Shown here one piece after another: positions 40,174-50,506 of a stretch of DNA of 64,000 nucleotides. The stretch is from Alphaproteobacteria bacterium (lineage in GTDB: Bacteria; Pseudomonadota; Alphaproteobacteria; Bin95): positions 3,836,510-3,900,509 of the forward strand of contig OZ244041.1 of assembly GCA_965215305.1 (NCBI GenBank), written 5' to 3'. Position 1 is the stretch's first letter. The number at the start of each line of letters is the position of its first letter. Position numbers and translations under genes: made by a program. The notes under the pieces were generated by a model. It was not told the origin of the DNA, did not search any database, and saw only the letters and a program-made list of their open reading frames with translations.

Positions 40174-41013
40174 CTATCGCGGCCGGCGGCGGCCGCCCGT
40201 GCCGTCGAACAGGATCTGCTCGCGCCGTTCGGCATCGGCGGCGACCCTCTCGAAATCGGCCTCGTCCATCCGGCGGTCGGGCGCCGGCGCGATGGTGAAG
40301 TGCCCGAAGCGGTCCTCGCCAGCCACCAGCGCCACCTCCGTCTCCGGGCCGGAGCGCGCGCGCATGGAAGGCGCGATATAGCGGATGGCCGCGCCGATGC
40401 GCCGGTCGCCGGTGGCGTTCGGCCCGGAGGCATGGAACAGGTGGCCATGGTGGAGCGACGCCTGGCCCGGTTGCAACACGACATCGACCGCGGCGTCCTC
40501 GTCCACCTCGACCTGGATTTCCTGGCCGCGCGTCAGCAGGTTGTCAGCGGCAAAGCTGTCGGCATGCGGCACGATCCGTTCCCGGTGGCTGCCGGGGATG
40601 AAGCGCATGCAGCCGCTCTCTTCCGTCGCCGGCGAAAGCGCCACCCAGAGCGTCGTCTCCTCGGCCTTGTCGAGGCCCCAATAGGTCAGGTCCTGGTGCC
40701 AGGAGACATAGCTCGTCGTGTTCGCTTCCTTGATGAACAGCCCCGACCCCCAGACCATGACATCGGGTCCGAGCACCGCCTCCGCCGCCTCGACCATCTT
40801 CGGATGGCGGACCAGCCGGTCGAAGGACGGCAGGAAACGCGCCGGGAAACCGCGCAGCAGGCCAAGACGTTTCGGGTCGGCGGCAAGCTCCGCTTCGCCC
40901 CGTTCGAGGTCGGCGCGCAGCTCCTCGGCTTCCGCCCGCGTCACGATGTCGAGCGGGAAGACAAAGCCGTCGCGGGCATAGTCGAGGGCGATTTTCGATG
41001 CGGTCATGTTCAT
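40174..41013 (-). CDS. Phytanoyl-CoA dioxygenase (PhyH)-family Fe(II)/2OG oxygenase, second copy
   Basis: 279 aa. WHQDLTYW...D and HHGHLFHASGPN give the HxD...H pattern. Confidence 0.7.
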   Translation of the reverse strand: MNMTASKIALDYARDGFVFPLDIVTRAEAEELRADLERGEAELAADPKRLGLLRGFPARFLPSFDRLVRHPKMVEAAEAVLGPDVMVWGSGLFIKEANTTSYVSWHQDLTYWGLDKAEETTLWVALSPATEESGCMRFIPGSHRERIVPHADSFAADNLLTRGQEIQVEVDEDAAVDVVLQPGQASLHHGHLFHASGPNATGDRRIGAAIRYIAPSMRARSGPETEVALVAGEDRFGHFTIAPAPDRRMDEADFERVAADAERREQILFDGTGGRRRPR

Positions 41014-41067
41014 GGCTTGGCAGTGCGGCCTTGCGGCCGTTCTCCGATGCTGGCGGTTGCGTGCAGC

Positions 41068-41835
41068 CTAGTCCCGGTAGCTCGGGTCGTCCCGGTCGAG
41101 CATGTCGAGATAGGCGGGCCAATCATTGTCCCGGGCGGGCGCGGTCAGGAACTCGTCGAATTGCGCGGCGGTCTTCTCGCAGACGGAAACAGGGGGGGTG
41201 TCGAGCCCGGTCCCGGCCGCATGCGCCGCCGCCATCGCGTCCAGTTGCGAGGCGCAGGCGCGCTCCAGCTCGAACAGCAGCACCCATGTCATCGGGATCG
41301 ACGGGCCGGCGGCAAGCAGGCCGTGGTTCTTCAGCACCAGCGCGCGCCCTTTGGGGCCGATGTCGCGCGCCAGCCGCTCGCGCTCATCCAGCTCCGTCTC
41401 GGCGCTTTCCCAGTCGTGGTAGCCGACGCGCCCGTGAAAGGCCATGGCGGTCTGCGAGATCGGCAGCAGCCCGGCATCCAGCGAAGCGAGCGCCATGCCG
41501 GGCACGGTGTGCGTGTGCGCCGTGCAGGCCACGTCCGGCCGCGCATCGAGCACGGCGGAATGCAGCATGATGCCGACCGCGTTGAGCGGGCTGCCGGTCT
41601 CCAGCGGGTCGGTCCCGTCGCGGTCCGTCTTGACCAGCGAGGAGGCCGTCATTTCCTCGAACATGAGGCCGTAAGGGTTGAGGAGGAAGTGGTCCGGTTC
41701 CCCGGGCACGCGCGCCGCGAAGTGGGTCAGCGCCAGGTCGGAGAGGTCGTGTTTGGCCGCCAGCCGGAAGACGGCCGCCAGATTGACGCGCGCCTCCCAC
41801 TCGGCTTCGGAAACGCGCGATCGGATGTCGGGCAT
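41068..41835 (-). CDS. Class II aldolase/adducin-family protein, paralog A
   Basis: 255 aa. Metal-binding His cluster HSAVLDARPDVACTAHTHTVPGMALA. Confidence 0.75.
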   Translation of the reverse strand: MPDIRSRVSEAEWEARVNLAAVFRLAAKHDLSDLALTHFAARVPGEPDHFLLNPYGLMFEEMTASSLVKTDRDGTDPLETGSPLNAVGIMLHSAVLDARPDVACTAHTHTVPGMALASLDAGLLPISQTAMAFHGRVGYHDWESAETELDERERLARDIGPKGRALVLKNHGLLAAGPSIPMTWVLLFELERACASQLDAMAAAHAAGTGLDTPPVSVCEKTAAQFDEFLTAPARDNDWPAYLDMLDRDDPSYRD

Positions 41836-41853
41836 GGGCTCGGCGCTCCCCGC

Positions 41854-42624
41854 TCAGTGCCTGTAGGACGGATCGGCTTGGTCCAGCAGGCGAAGCTGCG
41901 ATTCCCAGCCGTCATAGGGGTTGAAGCTGCGATTGGCCCGCGGGCGGTCCTCCTGCTCGTCGAGGAAGGCGTCGGAGAGCGTCGCCAGAGGCGCGCCGGT
42001 CGCTTCGGCGAGCATCTGCGTCTTCGCAGCCTTCTCCAGGTCGTAGAGCCGCGCCCAGGCCTCGCGCACGCTGCGCCCGCCCACGAGGAAGCCGTGGTTC
42101 TTCAGCACCATGACATCGGCATCGCCCATATCGGCGATCAGCCGCTCGCGCTCGTCGAGATCGAAGGCGATGCCCTCATAATTGTGATAGGCGATACGCC
42201 CATGGAATTGCATCGCCTTCTGGTTCAACGGCCGCAGGCCCTGCGGCAGCGCCGCCAACGCGATGCCGGTGCGGGTATGCGTGTGCGCGACGCAAGCGAG
42301 GTCCGGCCGCGCCATATGGACGGCCGAGTGGATGGTGAAGCCGGCGGCGTTGACGCCGTAGCGGTTCTCGCCCAGCAGATTGCCCTCAGTATCGACCTTG
42401 ACGAGGTTCGACGCCGTGACCTGATCGAACAGGAGGCCGTAGGGGTTGAGGAGAAAGGCGTCGCCGTCTCCCGGTACGCGCGCGGAGAGATGCGTGTAGG
42501 TGAGGTCGGTCATGCCATGCCGGGCGCAGAGGCGATAGAGCGCGGCGAGATCGACCCGTATCGCCCATTCCTCCGGGCTGACGCGGTCCTGCAAAGAATA
42601 GTCGGCGGTGTGGGAATCAGGCAT
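41854..42624 (-). CDS. Class II aldolase/adducin-family protein, paralog B
   Basis: 256 aa from MPDSHTADYS. HSAVHMARPDLACVAHTHTRTGIALA. It ends 19 nt upstream of paralog A. Confidence 0.75.
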   Translation of the reverse strand: MPDSHTADYSLQDRVSPEEWAIRVDLAALYRLCARHGMTDLTYTHLSARVPGDGDAFLLNPYGLLFDQVTASNLVKVDTEGNLLGENRYGVNAAGFTIHSAVHMARPDLACVAHTHTRTGIALAALPQGLRPLNQKAMQFHGRIAYHNYEGIAFDLDERERLIADMGDADVMVLKNHGFLVGGRSVREAWARLYDLEKAAKTQMLAEATGAPLATLSDAFLDEQEDRPRANRSFNPYDGWESQLRLLDQADPSYRH

Positions 42625-42723
42625 GGCGTAAACTCCTGGGGCCGTCCTTTTAGACGGCCTGCTGTCCGGCGCGCGAATTCCGCTTAGGATAGCCCGAATT
42701 CCGCAAGCGAAGGAACCGCTTCC

Positions 42724-43605
42724 ATGAGCATCGGCTATATCGGCCTCGGCAATATGGGCGGGGCGCTGGCGCGACGCCTCGCGCTCACCCATCCGCTGCG
42801 CGTCTTCGACCTGCGTCCGGAAGCGATGCAGGCGCTGGCGGAGCATAATTGCACCCCTGTCCAGTCCGCCGCGGCGCTGGGCGCGGAATGCGGCACGGTG
42901 CTGACCTGCCTGCCGACCTCGGAGGATGTGCGCCGCGCGGTGTTCGGACCGGGCGGACTTGCCGAAGGCATGGCCCCAGGCAGCATCATCCTCGACCAGA
43001 CGACCGGCGACCCCAATGCGACGCGCGCCATGGCGGCGGAACTCGCGGAGCGCGGCATCCGGCTGATCGACGCGCCGGTCTCGGGCGGCAAGAAGGGCGC
43101 GGACGCCGGCACCATCGCCATCATGGTGGGCGCGGAGGAGGCCGACTACGCCGAAGTGCTGCCGATGCTGCACGCTATCAGCCCCAATGTCTTCCATTGC
43201 GGCGGCACCGGCACGGGCCATGTCATGAAGCTGGTGAACAATGTGACCGCCGCCTCCGCCTATGCGGCTTCCTGCGAAGCGGTCGCCATGGGGGTCAAGA
43301 ACGGGCTCGACTTCGCCACGGCCGTCGAGGTGCTCAACAAGAGCTCGGGCCGAAGCTTCATGTCGGAGGCTATGCTGGCCGCGCAGACGGAGCGCCCGCA
43401 GCCCTTCGATTTCGCATTGGCGCTGATGCACAAGGATGTGCGTCTGGCGACTCAGCTCGGCGCGGACAGCGGTGCGCCCATGTTCGTCGCCAATGTCGTG
43501 CGCGAGCTGCACCAGGCCTCACTCGCCCATCTCGGCCACGAGGCCGATGTGACCGAGTTGTTGCGCACGGTGGAGCGTAATTCGGACGTAAAGGTCATGC
43601 CGTAA
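42724..43605 (+). CDS. NAD(P)-dependent beta-hydroxyacid dehydrogenase (3-hydroxyisobutyrate/tartronate-semialdehyde reductase family)
   Basis: GYIGLGNMGGALARRL Rossmann motif. Catalytic-Lys region (…APVSGGKKGADAGTIAIMVGA…). 293 aa. Confidence 0.8.
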   Translation: MSIGYIGLGNMGGALARRLALTHPLRVFDLRPEAMQALAEHNCTPVQSAAALGAECGTVLTCLPTSEDVRRAVFGPGGLAEGMAPGSIILDQTTGDPNATRAMAAELAERGIRLIDAPVSGGKKGADAGTIAIMVGAEEADYAEVLPMLHAISPNVFHCGGTGTGHVMKLVNNVTAASAYAASCEAVAMGVKNGLDFATAVEVLNKSSGRSFMSEAMLAAQTERPQPFDFALALMHKDVRLATQLGADSGAPMFVANVVRELHQASLAHLGHEADVTELLRTVERNSDVKVMP

Positions 43606-43638
43606 GGGGCCGCGCGGCCCGGTCCGGCGTTTCGCGGC

Positions 43639-43666
43639 TTGACGCGGCCGGGCCGGTTTCTAGATT
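43639..43666 (+). promoter_or_regulatory. Sigma70-like promoter candidate for thrS (TTGACG-N16-TAGATT), with a downstream hairpin GATTGCGG-CCTTT-CCGCAATC overlapping the -10/+1 region
   Basis: Hexamers and spacing read directly. Preceded by a GGGCCGCGCGGCCC palindrome right after the upstream stop. Confidence 0.35.
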
Positions 43667-43702
43667 GCGGCCTTTCCGCAATCCGGGACATCCGCCACGC
43701 TG

Positions 43703-45631
43703 ATGAGCGACATCGCCCTGACATTGCCCGATGGCTCCGTGCGCCCGTTCGCGCAGGGCGCCACCGGCGCCGACCTGGCGGCGGCCATTTCCAAGAGCCT
43801 CGCAAGGCGCGCCGTTGCGGTCCGCATGGACGGCGCGCTGCGAGACCTCTCCGAGCCGCTCACCGAAGATGGCGCGGTCGAGATCGTCACGCGCGACGAT
43901 CCGGACGGCCTCGACCTCATCCGCCACGACGCCGCCCATGCGCTCGCCGAGGCCGCGAAAGAGCTCTACCCGGACATCCAGATCACCATCGGCCCGGTGA
44001 TCCAGAACGGCTTCTATTACGATTTCTCGCGGGCCGAGCCATTCACGCCCGACGACCTGGCGCGGCTCGAGGAGCGCATGCGTGAGATCGTGGACCGGGA
44101 CGAGCCGATCGCCCGCGAGGTCTGGGACCGCGACGAGGCGGCCCGTTTCTTCGAGGGCGAGGGGGAGCATTACAAGGCCGAGATCATCCGATCGATCCCG
44201 TCGGCGGAACCGATCACGCTTTACCGCCAGGGCGGTTTCGTGGACCTCTGCCGGGGGCCGCATCTGCCCTCCACGGGCCAGCTGGGCAAGGCGTTCAAGC
44301 TGATGAGCGTGGCCGGCGCCTATTGGCGCGGCGACCATCGCAACGAGATGCTGCAGCGCATCTACGGCACGGCCTGGCGTAACGAAAAGGAGCTCAGGAC
44401 CTATCTGGAGCGGCTGGCGGAGGCGGAGCGGCGCGACCATCGCCGCCTCGGGCGCGAGATGGGGCTGTTCCACCTGCAGGAGGAAGCCGCCGGATCCGTC
44501 TTCTGGATGCCCAAGGGCTGGACGCTGTTCCGCGTCTGCGAGGACTATATGCGCAGGCGCCTCGATGCGAACGGCTATGTCGAGGTGAAGACGCCGCAAT
44601 TGCTCGACCGGGCGCTCTGGGAGGCGTCCGGCCACTGGGAGAAGTTCCGCGAGCACATGTTCGTGGCCGAGGCGGCGGAGGACCGGCTCCTGGCGCTGAA
44701 GCCGATGAACTGCCCCGGCCATGTGCAGATATTCAAGCAGGGCATCAAGAGCTACCGGGACCTGCCGCTGCGCATGGCAGAGTTCGGCGCCTGCCACCGC
44801 AACGAACCCTCCGGCGCGCTGCACGGCATCATGCGGGTGCGCGCCTTCACCCAGGACGATGCCCACATTTTCGCCACCGAGGACCAGGTGACGGCGGAGA
44901 CGGAGCGCTTCTGCGCGCTGCTGCAAAGCATCTATGCCGATTTCGGCTTCGAGGACGTGCTGGTGAAATTCTCCGACCGTCCGGAGGTCCGCGCGGGCGA
45001 GGATGCGGTCTGGGACAAGGCCGAGACCGCGCTGATGGACGCCGTGCGCGCAACGGGGCTGGAGGTCGAGCTCAACCCCGGCGAAGGCGCCTTCTACGGG
45101 CCGAAGCTCGAATTCGTATTGCGCGACGCTATCGGACGCGACTGGCAGTGTGGCACCTTCCAGGTCGATTTCGTGCTGCCCGAGCGACTAAACGCCAGCT
45201 ATGTGGACGAGAGCGGCGAGCGGCGGCGGCCGGTCATGCTGCACCGGGCCATTCTCGGCTCCTTCGAGCGCTTCATCGGCGTGCTCATCGAGCATTATGC
45301 CGGGCGGTTCCCGCTTTGGTTGGCGCCGGTGCAGGCCGTCGTCGCCACGATCACCAGCGATGCCGACGGTTATGCGCGCGAGGTGTTCGCTCGGCTGAAG
45401 GAGGCAGGGCTGCGCGCCGAACTCGATCTGCGCAACGAGAAAATCGGCTTCAAGGTGCGTGAACATTCCCTCGCCAAGGTGCCGGCGCTGCTCGTCGTCG
45501 GGCGGCGCGAGGCGGAGCAGGGGACGGTCGCGCTGCGCCGGCTCGGCTCACAGCGGCAAGAAATGCTTGCAGTCGGCGACTCTATACTTACCTTGTCAGA
45601 GGAAGCAGCGGTTCCGAGCCGGGGCCGCTAG
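43703..45631 (+). CDS. thrS: Threonine--tRNA ligase
   Basis: 642 aa. TGS domain. Editing domain. Class II core motifs (…[12 protein letters not shown]…, [18 protein letters not shown]). Anticodon-binding domain. Confidence 0.9.
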   Translation: MSDIALTLPDGSVRPFAQGATGADLAAAISKSLARRAVAVRMDGALRDLSEPLTEDGAVEIVTRDDPDGLDLIRHDAAHALAEAAKELYPDIQITIGPVIQNGFYYDFSRAEPFTPDDLARLEERMREIVDRDEPIAREVWDRDEAARFFEGEGEHYKAEIIRSIPSAEPITLYRQGGFVDLCRGPHLPSTGQLGKAFKLMSVAGAYWRGDHRNEMLQRIYGTAWRNEKELRTYLERLAEAERRDHRRLGREMGLFHLQEEAAGSVFWMPKGWTLFRVCEDYMRRRLDANGYVEVKTPQLLDRALWEASGHWEKFREHMFVAEAAEDRLLALKPMNCPGHVQIFKQGIKSYRDLPLRMAEFGACHRNEPSGALHGIMRVRAFTQDDAHIFATEDQVTAETERFCALLQSIYADFGFEDVLVKFSDRPEVRAGEDAVWDKAETALMDAVRATGLEVELNPGEGAFYGPKLEFVLRDAIGRDWQCGTFQVDFVLPERLNASYVDESGERRRPVMLHRAILGSFERFIGVLIEHYAGRFPLWLAPVQAVVATITSDADGYAREVFARLKEAGLRAELDLRNEKIGFKVREHSLAKVPALLVVGRREAEQGTVALRRLGSQRQEMLAVGDSILTLSEEAAVPSRGR

Positions 45632-45658
45632 CGGAAGAGAACGGGAAGGAGACGGTCC

Positions 45659-46195
45659 ATAGTTCGATACACGTCTACAGTGCCGCCCAGGAAGGAAGGG
45701 CCGCGCGTCAATGATGACATAGAAGCGCGGTCGGTCAGACTGGTCGCTGCCGACGGCCGCATGGTCGGTGTTGTCGAGATTCACGAAGCGCTGGGAGCAG
45801 CCCGGGCCGCAGGCCTCGATCTGGTGGAAGTCTCGCCGAATGCGGAGCCGCCGGTCTGCAAGGTCCTCGATTACGGGCGTTTCAAATACGAGGCGCAGAA
45901 GAAGAAGAACGAGGCGCGCAAGAAGCAGAAGACCATCGAGGTCAAGGAAATCAAGATGCGCCCCGGGATCGAGCAGCATGATTACGACACGAAGATGCGT
46001 TCGGTCCGGCGGTTCCTCGACGACGGCGACAAGGTGAAGGTGACCTTGCGCTTCCGCGGTCGGGAACTCGCCCACCAGGAAGTCGGGCGCGCCGTTCTGG
46101 AACGTGTCCAGACGGAGCTGGGAGAGACGATCAAGGTCGAGCAGTTCCCGAAGATGGAAGGACGGCAGATGGTCATGGTGATGTCGCCGCGCTGA
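45659..46195 (+). CDS. infC: Translation initiation factor IF-3
   Basis: IF3 N and C domains (…RLVAADGRMVGVV…, KVTLRFRGRELAHQEVG). The ORF-track frame begins with GTG at 45680. An in-frame ATA at 45659 sits 7 nt after GGAGA and after the thrS TAG at 45629. The start codon is unresolved between these two non-AUG options. Confidence 0.8.
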   Translation: MVRYTSTVPPRKEGPRVNDDIEARSVRLVAADGRMVGVVEIHEALGAARAAGLDLVEVSPNAEPPVCKVLDYGRFKYEAQKKKNEARKKQKTIEVKEIKMRPGIEQHDYDTKMRSVRRFLDDGDKVKVTLRFRGRELAHQEVGRAVLERVQTELGETIKVEQFPKMEGRQMVMVMSPR

Positions 46196-46381
46196 CGCGC
46201 CGGCAGCGCCTGCTTCTCTCGACCCTTTTACCGGCAGCGGGTGCGACGGCATAGCCGCCGCGCTGGCCTTGCGTGTTGTTGCAGGGCCGGCTATACCGCG
46301 CGCCTTCGGATATGGATGGTCCGGCGCGTATGAGGGCATGCCCGGCCGTCCCGAATCCGCCTTTGCTTGAAGGACAGGAAA

Positions 46382-46579
46382 ATGCCCAAGCTCAAGACCA
46401 AGAGCAGCACGAAGGGCCGGTTCAAGAAGACCGGCTCCGGCAAGGTGCTGATGAACCACGCCTACAAGCGCCACTGCCTCGCCAACAAGTCGAAGCGGAT
46501 GAAGCGCCAGGCGCGTGGCACGACGGCGATGTCGAAGCCGGACACGAAGACCGTGCTCCGCTTCATGCCTTACGCCTGA
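46382..46579 (+). CDS. rpmI: 50S ribosomal protein L35
   Basis: [22 protein letters not shown]. 65 aa. Confidence 0.85.
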   Translation: MPKLKTKSSTKGRFKKTGSGKVLMNHAYKRHCLANKSKRMKRQARGTTAMSKPDTKTVLRFMPYA

Positions 46580-46597
46580 ACCGGGAGGTCGGAAGCC

Positions 46598-46954
46598 ATG
46601 TCCCGCATCAAGGGCGGCGCCGGCAACCGCCGCCGTCACAAGAAGGTTCTGGCCCAGGCGAAAGGCTATCGCGGCCGGGCGAAGAACAATTTCCGTATCG
46701 CCATAGAGCGCGTCGAGCGCGGGCTGCAATACGCCTATCGAGACCGCCGGACGCGCAAGCGCAATTTCCGCTCGCTCTGGATCCAGCGCATCAACGCCGC
46801 TGCACGCGAGCACGGGCTCACCTACTCCGCCTTCATGGACGGCATCACCAAGGCGGGCATCGAGGTGGACCGCAAGATGCTCGCCGACCTCGCCGTTCGC
46901 GAGCCGGAGTCCTTCAGGGCATTGGTGGAGCAGGCGCAGGCAGCGCGCGCCTGA
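46598..46954 (+). CDS. rplT: 50S ribosomal protein L20
   Basis: [30 protein letters not shown]. 118 aa. Confidence 0.9.
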   Translation: MSRIKGGAGNRRRHKKVLAQAKGYRGRAKNNFRIAIERVERGLQYAYRDRRTRKRNFRSLWIQRINAAAREHGLTYSAFMDGITKAGIEVDRKMLADLAVREPESFRALVEQAQAARA

Positions 46955-46985
46955 GGGCGTTTCCCCAGGGCAAGAGGGCCTTCCC

Positions 46986-48062
46986 ATGTCGGACGAATTG
47001 ACGGCGCTCCGGAATGAGCTGGAGGGTGCCGTGCAGGCGGCCGACAGCCTGGAGGCGCTGGAGGGCGTGCGGGTGCGCACGCTCGGCCGGCGCGGGTCCG
47101 TCACGGAACTGATGAAGAGCCTTGGCCGGGCCGCGCCCGAGGAGCGGCGCGAGCGCGGCCAGGCCCTCAACCGTCTGAAACAGGCCGTCGCTGACGCCAT
47201 CGACGCCCGCAAGGCGGCGCTGGCCGAGGCCGATCTGGAGCGCCGCCTCGCCTCGGAGCGCATCGACGTCACCCTGCCCGTCCGCCCCGCCCCGGAAGGC
47301 AGCCTGCATCCGATTTCGCAGACCATCGACGAGATCGTGCAGATTTTCGGCGAGATGGGATTCCACTGGGCCGAAGGGCCGGACATCGAGGACGACTGGT
47401 ATAATTTCACCGCCCTCAACATCCCGCCGGAACATCCCGCGCGGCAGGAGATGGACACCTTCTATCTCGCCGGCGAGGCCGGCACGCGTCCCGTGCTGCG
47501 TACCCATACCAGCCCGGTGCAGATCCGCACCATGCTGGAAACGCCGCCGCCGCTCCGCATCATCGTTCCGGGCCGCACCTACCGCTCGGACCACGACGCC
47601 ACCCATTCGCCCATGTTCCACCAGGTCGAGGGCCTTGCCATCGACAGGGCGATCCATATGGGCCATCTCAAGGGCTGCCTGATCGCCTTCTGCCAGGCCT
47701 TTTTCGGCGTGGCGGACCTGCCGGTGCGTTTCCGGCCGAGCCATTTTCCGTTCACGGAGCCGTCGGCGGAGGTCGATATCGGCTGCACGCGGGCGGGCGG
47801 GCAGCTGCGCATCGGCGCCGGCGGCGACTGGCTGGAGATCCTCGGCTCCGGCATGGTGCATCCGAAGGTGATCGCCAATTGCGGCCTCGACCCGGAGGAG
47901 TGGCAGGGCTTCGCCTTCGGCATGGGCATAGAGCGGATCGCCATGCTGAAATACGGCATTCCGGACCTGCGCATGATGTATGAGTCGGATCTGCGCTGGC
48001 TCCGCCATTACGGCTTCCGGCCGCTGGACATTCCGGGCCTGATCGCGGAGGCGGCGGCGTGA
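46986..48062 (+). CDS. pheS: Phenylalanine--tRNA ligase alpha subunit
   Basis: 358 aa. Class II motifs ([25 protein letters not shown]). Confidence 0.9.
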   Translation: MSDELTALRNELEGAVQAADSLEALEGVRVRTLGRRGSVTELMKSLGRAAPEERRERGQALNRLKQAVADAIDARKAALAEADLERRLASERIDVTLPVRPAPEGSLHPISQTIDEIVQIFGEMGFHWAEGPDIEDDWYNFTALNIPPEHPARQEMDTFYLAGEAGTRPVLRTHTSPVQIRTMLETPPPLRIIVPGRTYRSDHDATHSPMFHQVEGLAIDRAIHMGHLKGCLIAFCQAFFGVADLPVRFRPSHFPFTEPSAEVDIGCTRAGGQLRIGAGGDWLEILGSGMVHPKVIANCGLDPEEWQGFAFGMGIERIAMLKYGIPDLRMMYESDLRWLRHYGFRPLDIPGLIAEAAA

Positions 48063-50476
48063 AGTTCACCTTCTCCTGGCTGAAGGACCATCTCGACACC
48101 GAGGCTGCGCTCGACGAGGTCTGCGAGGCGCTGACCATGCTGGGCCTCGAGGTGGACAGCGTCGAGGACCGCGCGCGGGAGTTCGCGTCCTTCACCACCG
48201 CCCGCGTGCTCTCGGCCGAGCCGCATCCGCAGGCGGACCGCCTGCGTGTCTGCCTGGTGGATACGGGAACGGAGGAGGTGCAGGTCGTGTGCGGCGCGCC
48301 GAATGCGCGGGCCGGCATGATGGGCGTGTTCGCGCCTTCCGGAAGCCGGATTCCGGGAACCGGGCTCCAGCTGAAGAAGACCGCCATTCGCGGCGTCGAG
48401 AGCAATGGCATGCTGCTGTCCGAGCGCGAGCTCGGCGTCTCGGACGAGCATGAGGGCATCGTCGATCTGCCGGCCGATACGCCGCTCGGCGCGCCCTATG
48501 CGCGGGTGGCAGGGCTCGACGACCCGGTGATCGAGATCGGCCTCACGCCCAATCGCGGCGACTGCGCCGGCATTCGCGGTATCGCCCGCGACCTGGCCGC
48601 GCGCGGCCTCGGCGCGCTGAAGGGCGTGCCCGGCTGGGGCGAGAGCGTGTCGGGCAGCTTCGAGAGCCCCGTCGCCGTGCGCCTCGAACTGGGCGACCGG
48701 CCCGAAGCCTGCCCGCTCTTCGCCGGGCGCTATATCCGGGGTGTCAGCAACGGCCCATCGCCGAAATGGGTGCAAGACCGGCTGCGCGCCGTCGGCTTGC
48801 GCCCGATTTCCGCGCTCGTCGATATCACCAATTATTTCACCATGGACATGGGCCGCCCGCTGCATGTCTTCGATGCGGACAGGCTCGAAGGCGATGTCGT
48901 GGTGCGCATGGGCCGGGACGGCGAGGAAATCGACGCGCTTGACGGCCGTTGCTACGCGGCCGATGCGGAAATGACACTTATCTGCGACGAAGCGAAGGGC
49001 AACGCCTTTGGCGGCATCATGGGCGGTGCGGCGACGGGCTGCACCGAGGACACGGTCAATGTCTTCCTCGAAAGCGCGCTGTTCGATCCGCTGCGTACCG
49101 CCGCCACGGGCCGCAGGCTCGGCGTGCAGAGCGATGCGCGCTACCGCTTCGAGCGCGGCGTCGATCCGACCTCGGCCGTGGCCGGCATGGAGGCCGCCAC
49201 ACGCATGATCCTGGACTTCTGCGGCGGCAAGGCGAGCCATCCGGTCGTTGCAGGCGGCGAACCGGACTGGCGGCGGCGCTACCGGTTCCGCCCGGAGCGT
49301 GTGGAAAGCCTGGGCGGCGTTGCGGTGCCGGCGGCGCGGAGCGTCGAAATCCTCCGCGCGCTCGGCTTCGAGGCCGCGGACGGGGACGGTGCGTTCTCCG
49401 TCTCTCCGCCACCCTGGCGTCCGGACATTCTGGGCGAGGCGGATCTTGTAGAGGAGGTGCTCCGGGTCCACGGCTTCGAGCATATTCCGGTGGCCGATTT
49501 CCCGGCGCCGACCGTGCTGCCGGCGCCGGCGCTGACGCGCACGGCCGCCAGCGCGGCGAAGCTGCGCCGGGCGCTGGCGGCGGCCGGCATGGCCGAGGCC
49601 GTCACCTTCTCCTTCATGCCGGCAAGCCGCGCGGCGCTGTTCGGCGGCGGGGAAGCCCGGCTCCGGCTCGACAACCCGATCAGCAGCGACCTCGACTGCA
49701 TGCGCCCCTCGCTTCTGCCGAACCTGCTGGACGCCGCCCGGCGCAATGCCGATGGCGGGCGCGCAGCGGGCGCGCTGTTCGAGGTTGGCCCCGTGTTCCG
49801 CCCGGAAGCGGCGGTCATCGAGCCGGACGGGCAGCGTCAGGTTGCAGGCGGCATACGCTGGGGCATGACGCCCCGGCACTGGAGCGCGCGCGCCCGCGCG
49901 GTGGACGCGCTCGACGTCAAGGCGGATGCGCTGGCGGCGCTGGCAGCGCTGGCGGCGCCCGTTGACAAGCTGCGCGTGACCGCGGACGCGCCGGCCTGGT
50001 TCCATCCCGGCCGCTCCGGGGCGCTCCGGCTCGGCGCCGTCGCGCTGGCGTATTTCGGCGAGCTTCATCCCCGTGTGCTGGACGTCTTCGATGCCGCCGG
50101 CCCGATGGCGGCCTTCGAGGCCTTTCCCGATGCCGTGCCGGCGCCGAGGGCGAAGGCCGGCGGCAAGCTCCGCCCGGCGCTCAGCCGTTCCGCCTTCCAG
50201 CCGGTCGAGCGCGATTTCGCTTTTGTGGTCGCCGAGGAGGTCGAGGCTGACCGTGTTCTGCGCGCTGTGCGCAATGCGGACAAGGCGCTGATTGCGGATG
50301 CGGCGGTGTTCGACGTCTATCGCGGCAAGGGCATTGAGCCGGGCCGCAAATCGCTCGCCGTCGCCGTTACCCTCCAGCCGCAGGACGCCACGCTAACCGA
50401 CACCGAGCTCGAAACCGCCTCTGCCCGCATCGTCGCTGCCGTCACCAAGGCGACGGGGGCGGTGCTCAGGGGATAG
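48059..50476 (+). CDS. pheT: Phenylalanine--tRNA ligase beta subunit
   Basis: 805 aa. tRNA-binding, B3/B4 and B5 domains and the C-terminal anticodon-binding domain. 4-nt overlap with pheS. Confidence 0.9.
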   Translation: MKFTFSWLKDHLDTEAALDEVCEALTMLGLEVDSVEDRAREFASFTTARVLSAEPHPQADRLRVCLVDTGTEEVQVVCGAPNARAGMMGVFAPSGSRIPGTGLQLKKTAIRGVESNGMLLSERELGVSDEHEGIVDLPADTPLGAPYARVAGLDDPVIEIGLTPNRGDCAGIRGIARDLAARGLGALKGVPGWGESVSGSFESPVAVRLELGDRPEACPLFAGRYIRGVSNGPSPKWVQDRLRAVGLRPISALVDITNYFTMDMGRPLHVFDADRLEGDVVVRMGRDGEEIDALDGRCYAADAEMTLICDEAKGNAFGGIMGGAATGCTEDTVNVFLESALFDPLRTAATGRRLGVQSDARYRFERGVDPTSAVAGMEAATRMILDFCGGKASHPVVAGGEPDWRRRYRFRPERVESLGGVAVPAARSVEILRALGFEAADGDGAFSVSPPPWRPDILGEADLVEEVLRVHGFEHIPVADFPAPTVLPAPALTRTAASAAKLRRALAAAGMAEAVTFSFMPASRAALFGGGEARLRLDNPISSDLDCMRPSLLPNLLDAARRNADGGRAAGALFEVGPVFRPEAAVIEPDGQRQVAGGIRWGMTPRHWSARARAVDALDVKADALAALAALAAPVDKLRVTADAPAWFHPGRSGALRLGAVALAYFGELHPRVLDVFDAAGPMAAFEAFPDAVPAPRAKAGGKLRPALSRSAFQPVERDFAFVVAEEVEADRVLRAVRNADKALIADAAVFDVYRGKGIEPGRKSLAVAVTLQPQDATLTDTELETASARIVAAVTKATGAVLRG

Positions 50477-50506
50477 GCGCGGTTTGCGACCGGCTCCGAC
50501 GGGCAG

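Noticed and set aside
39886-42687. 933-aa plus-strand ORF
   Set aside because: It is antisense to the PhyH and two class II aldolase genes, which have clear catalytic motifs on the minus strand. It is a GC-rich artefact.
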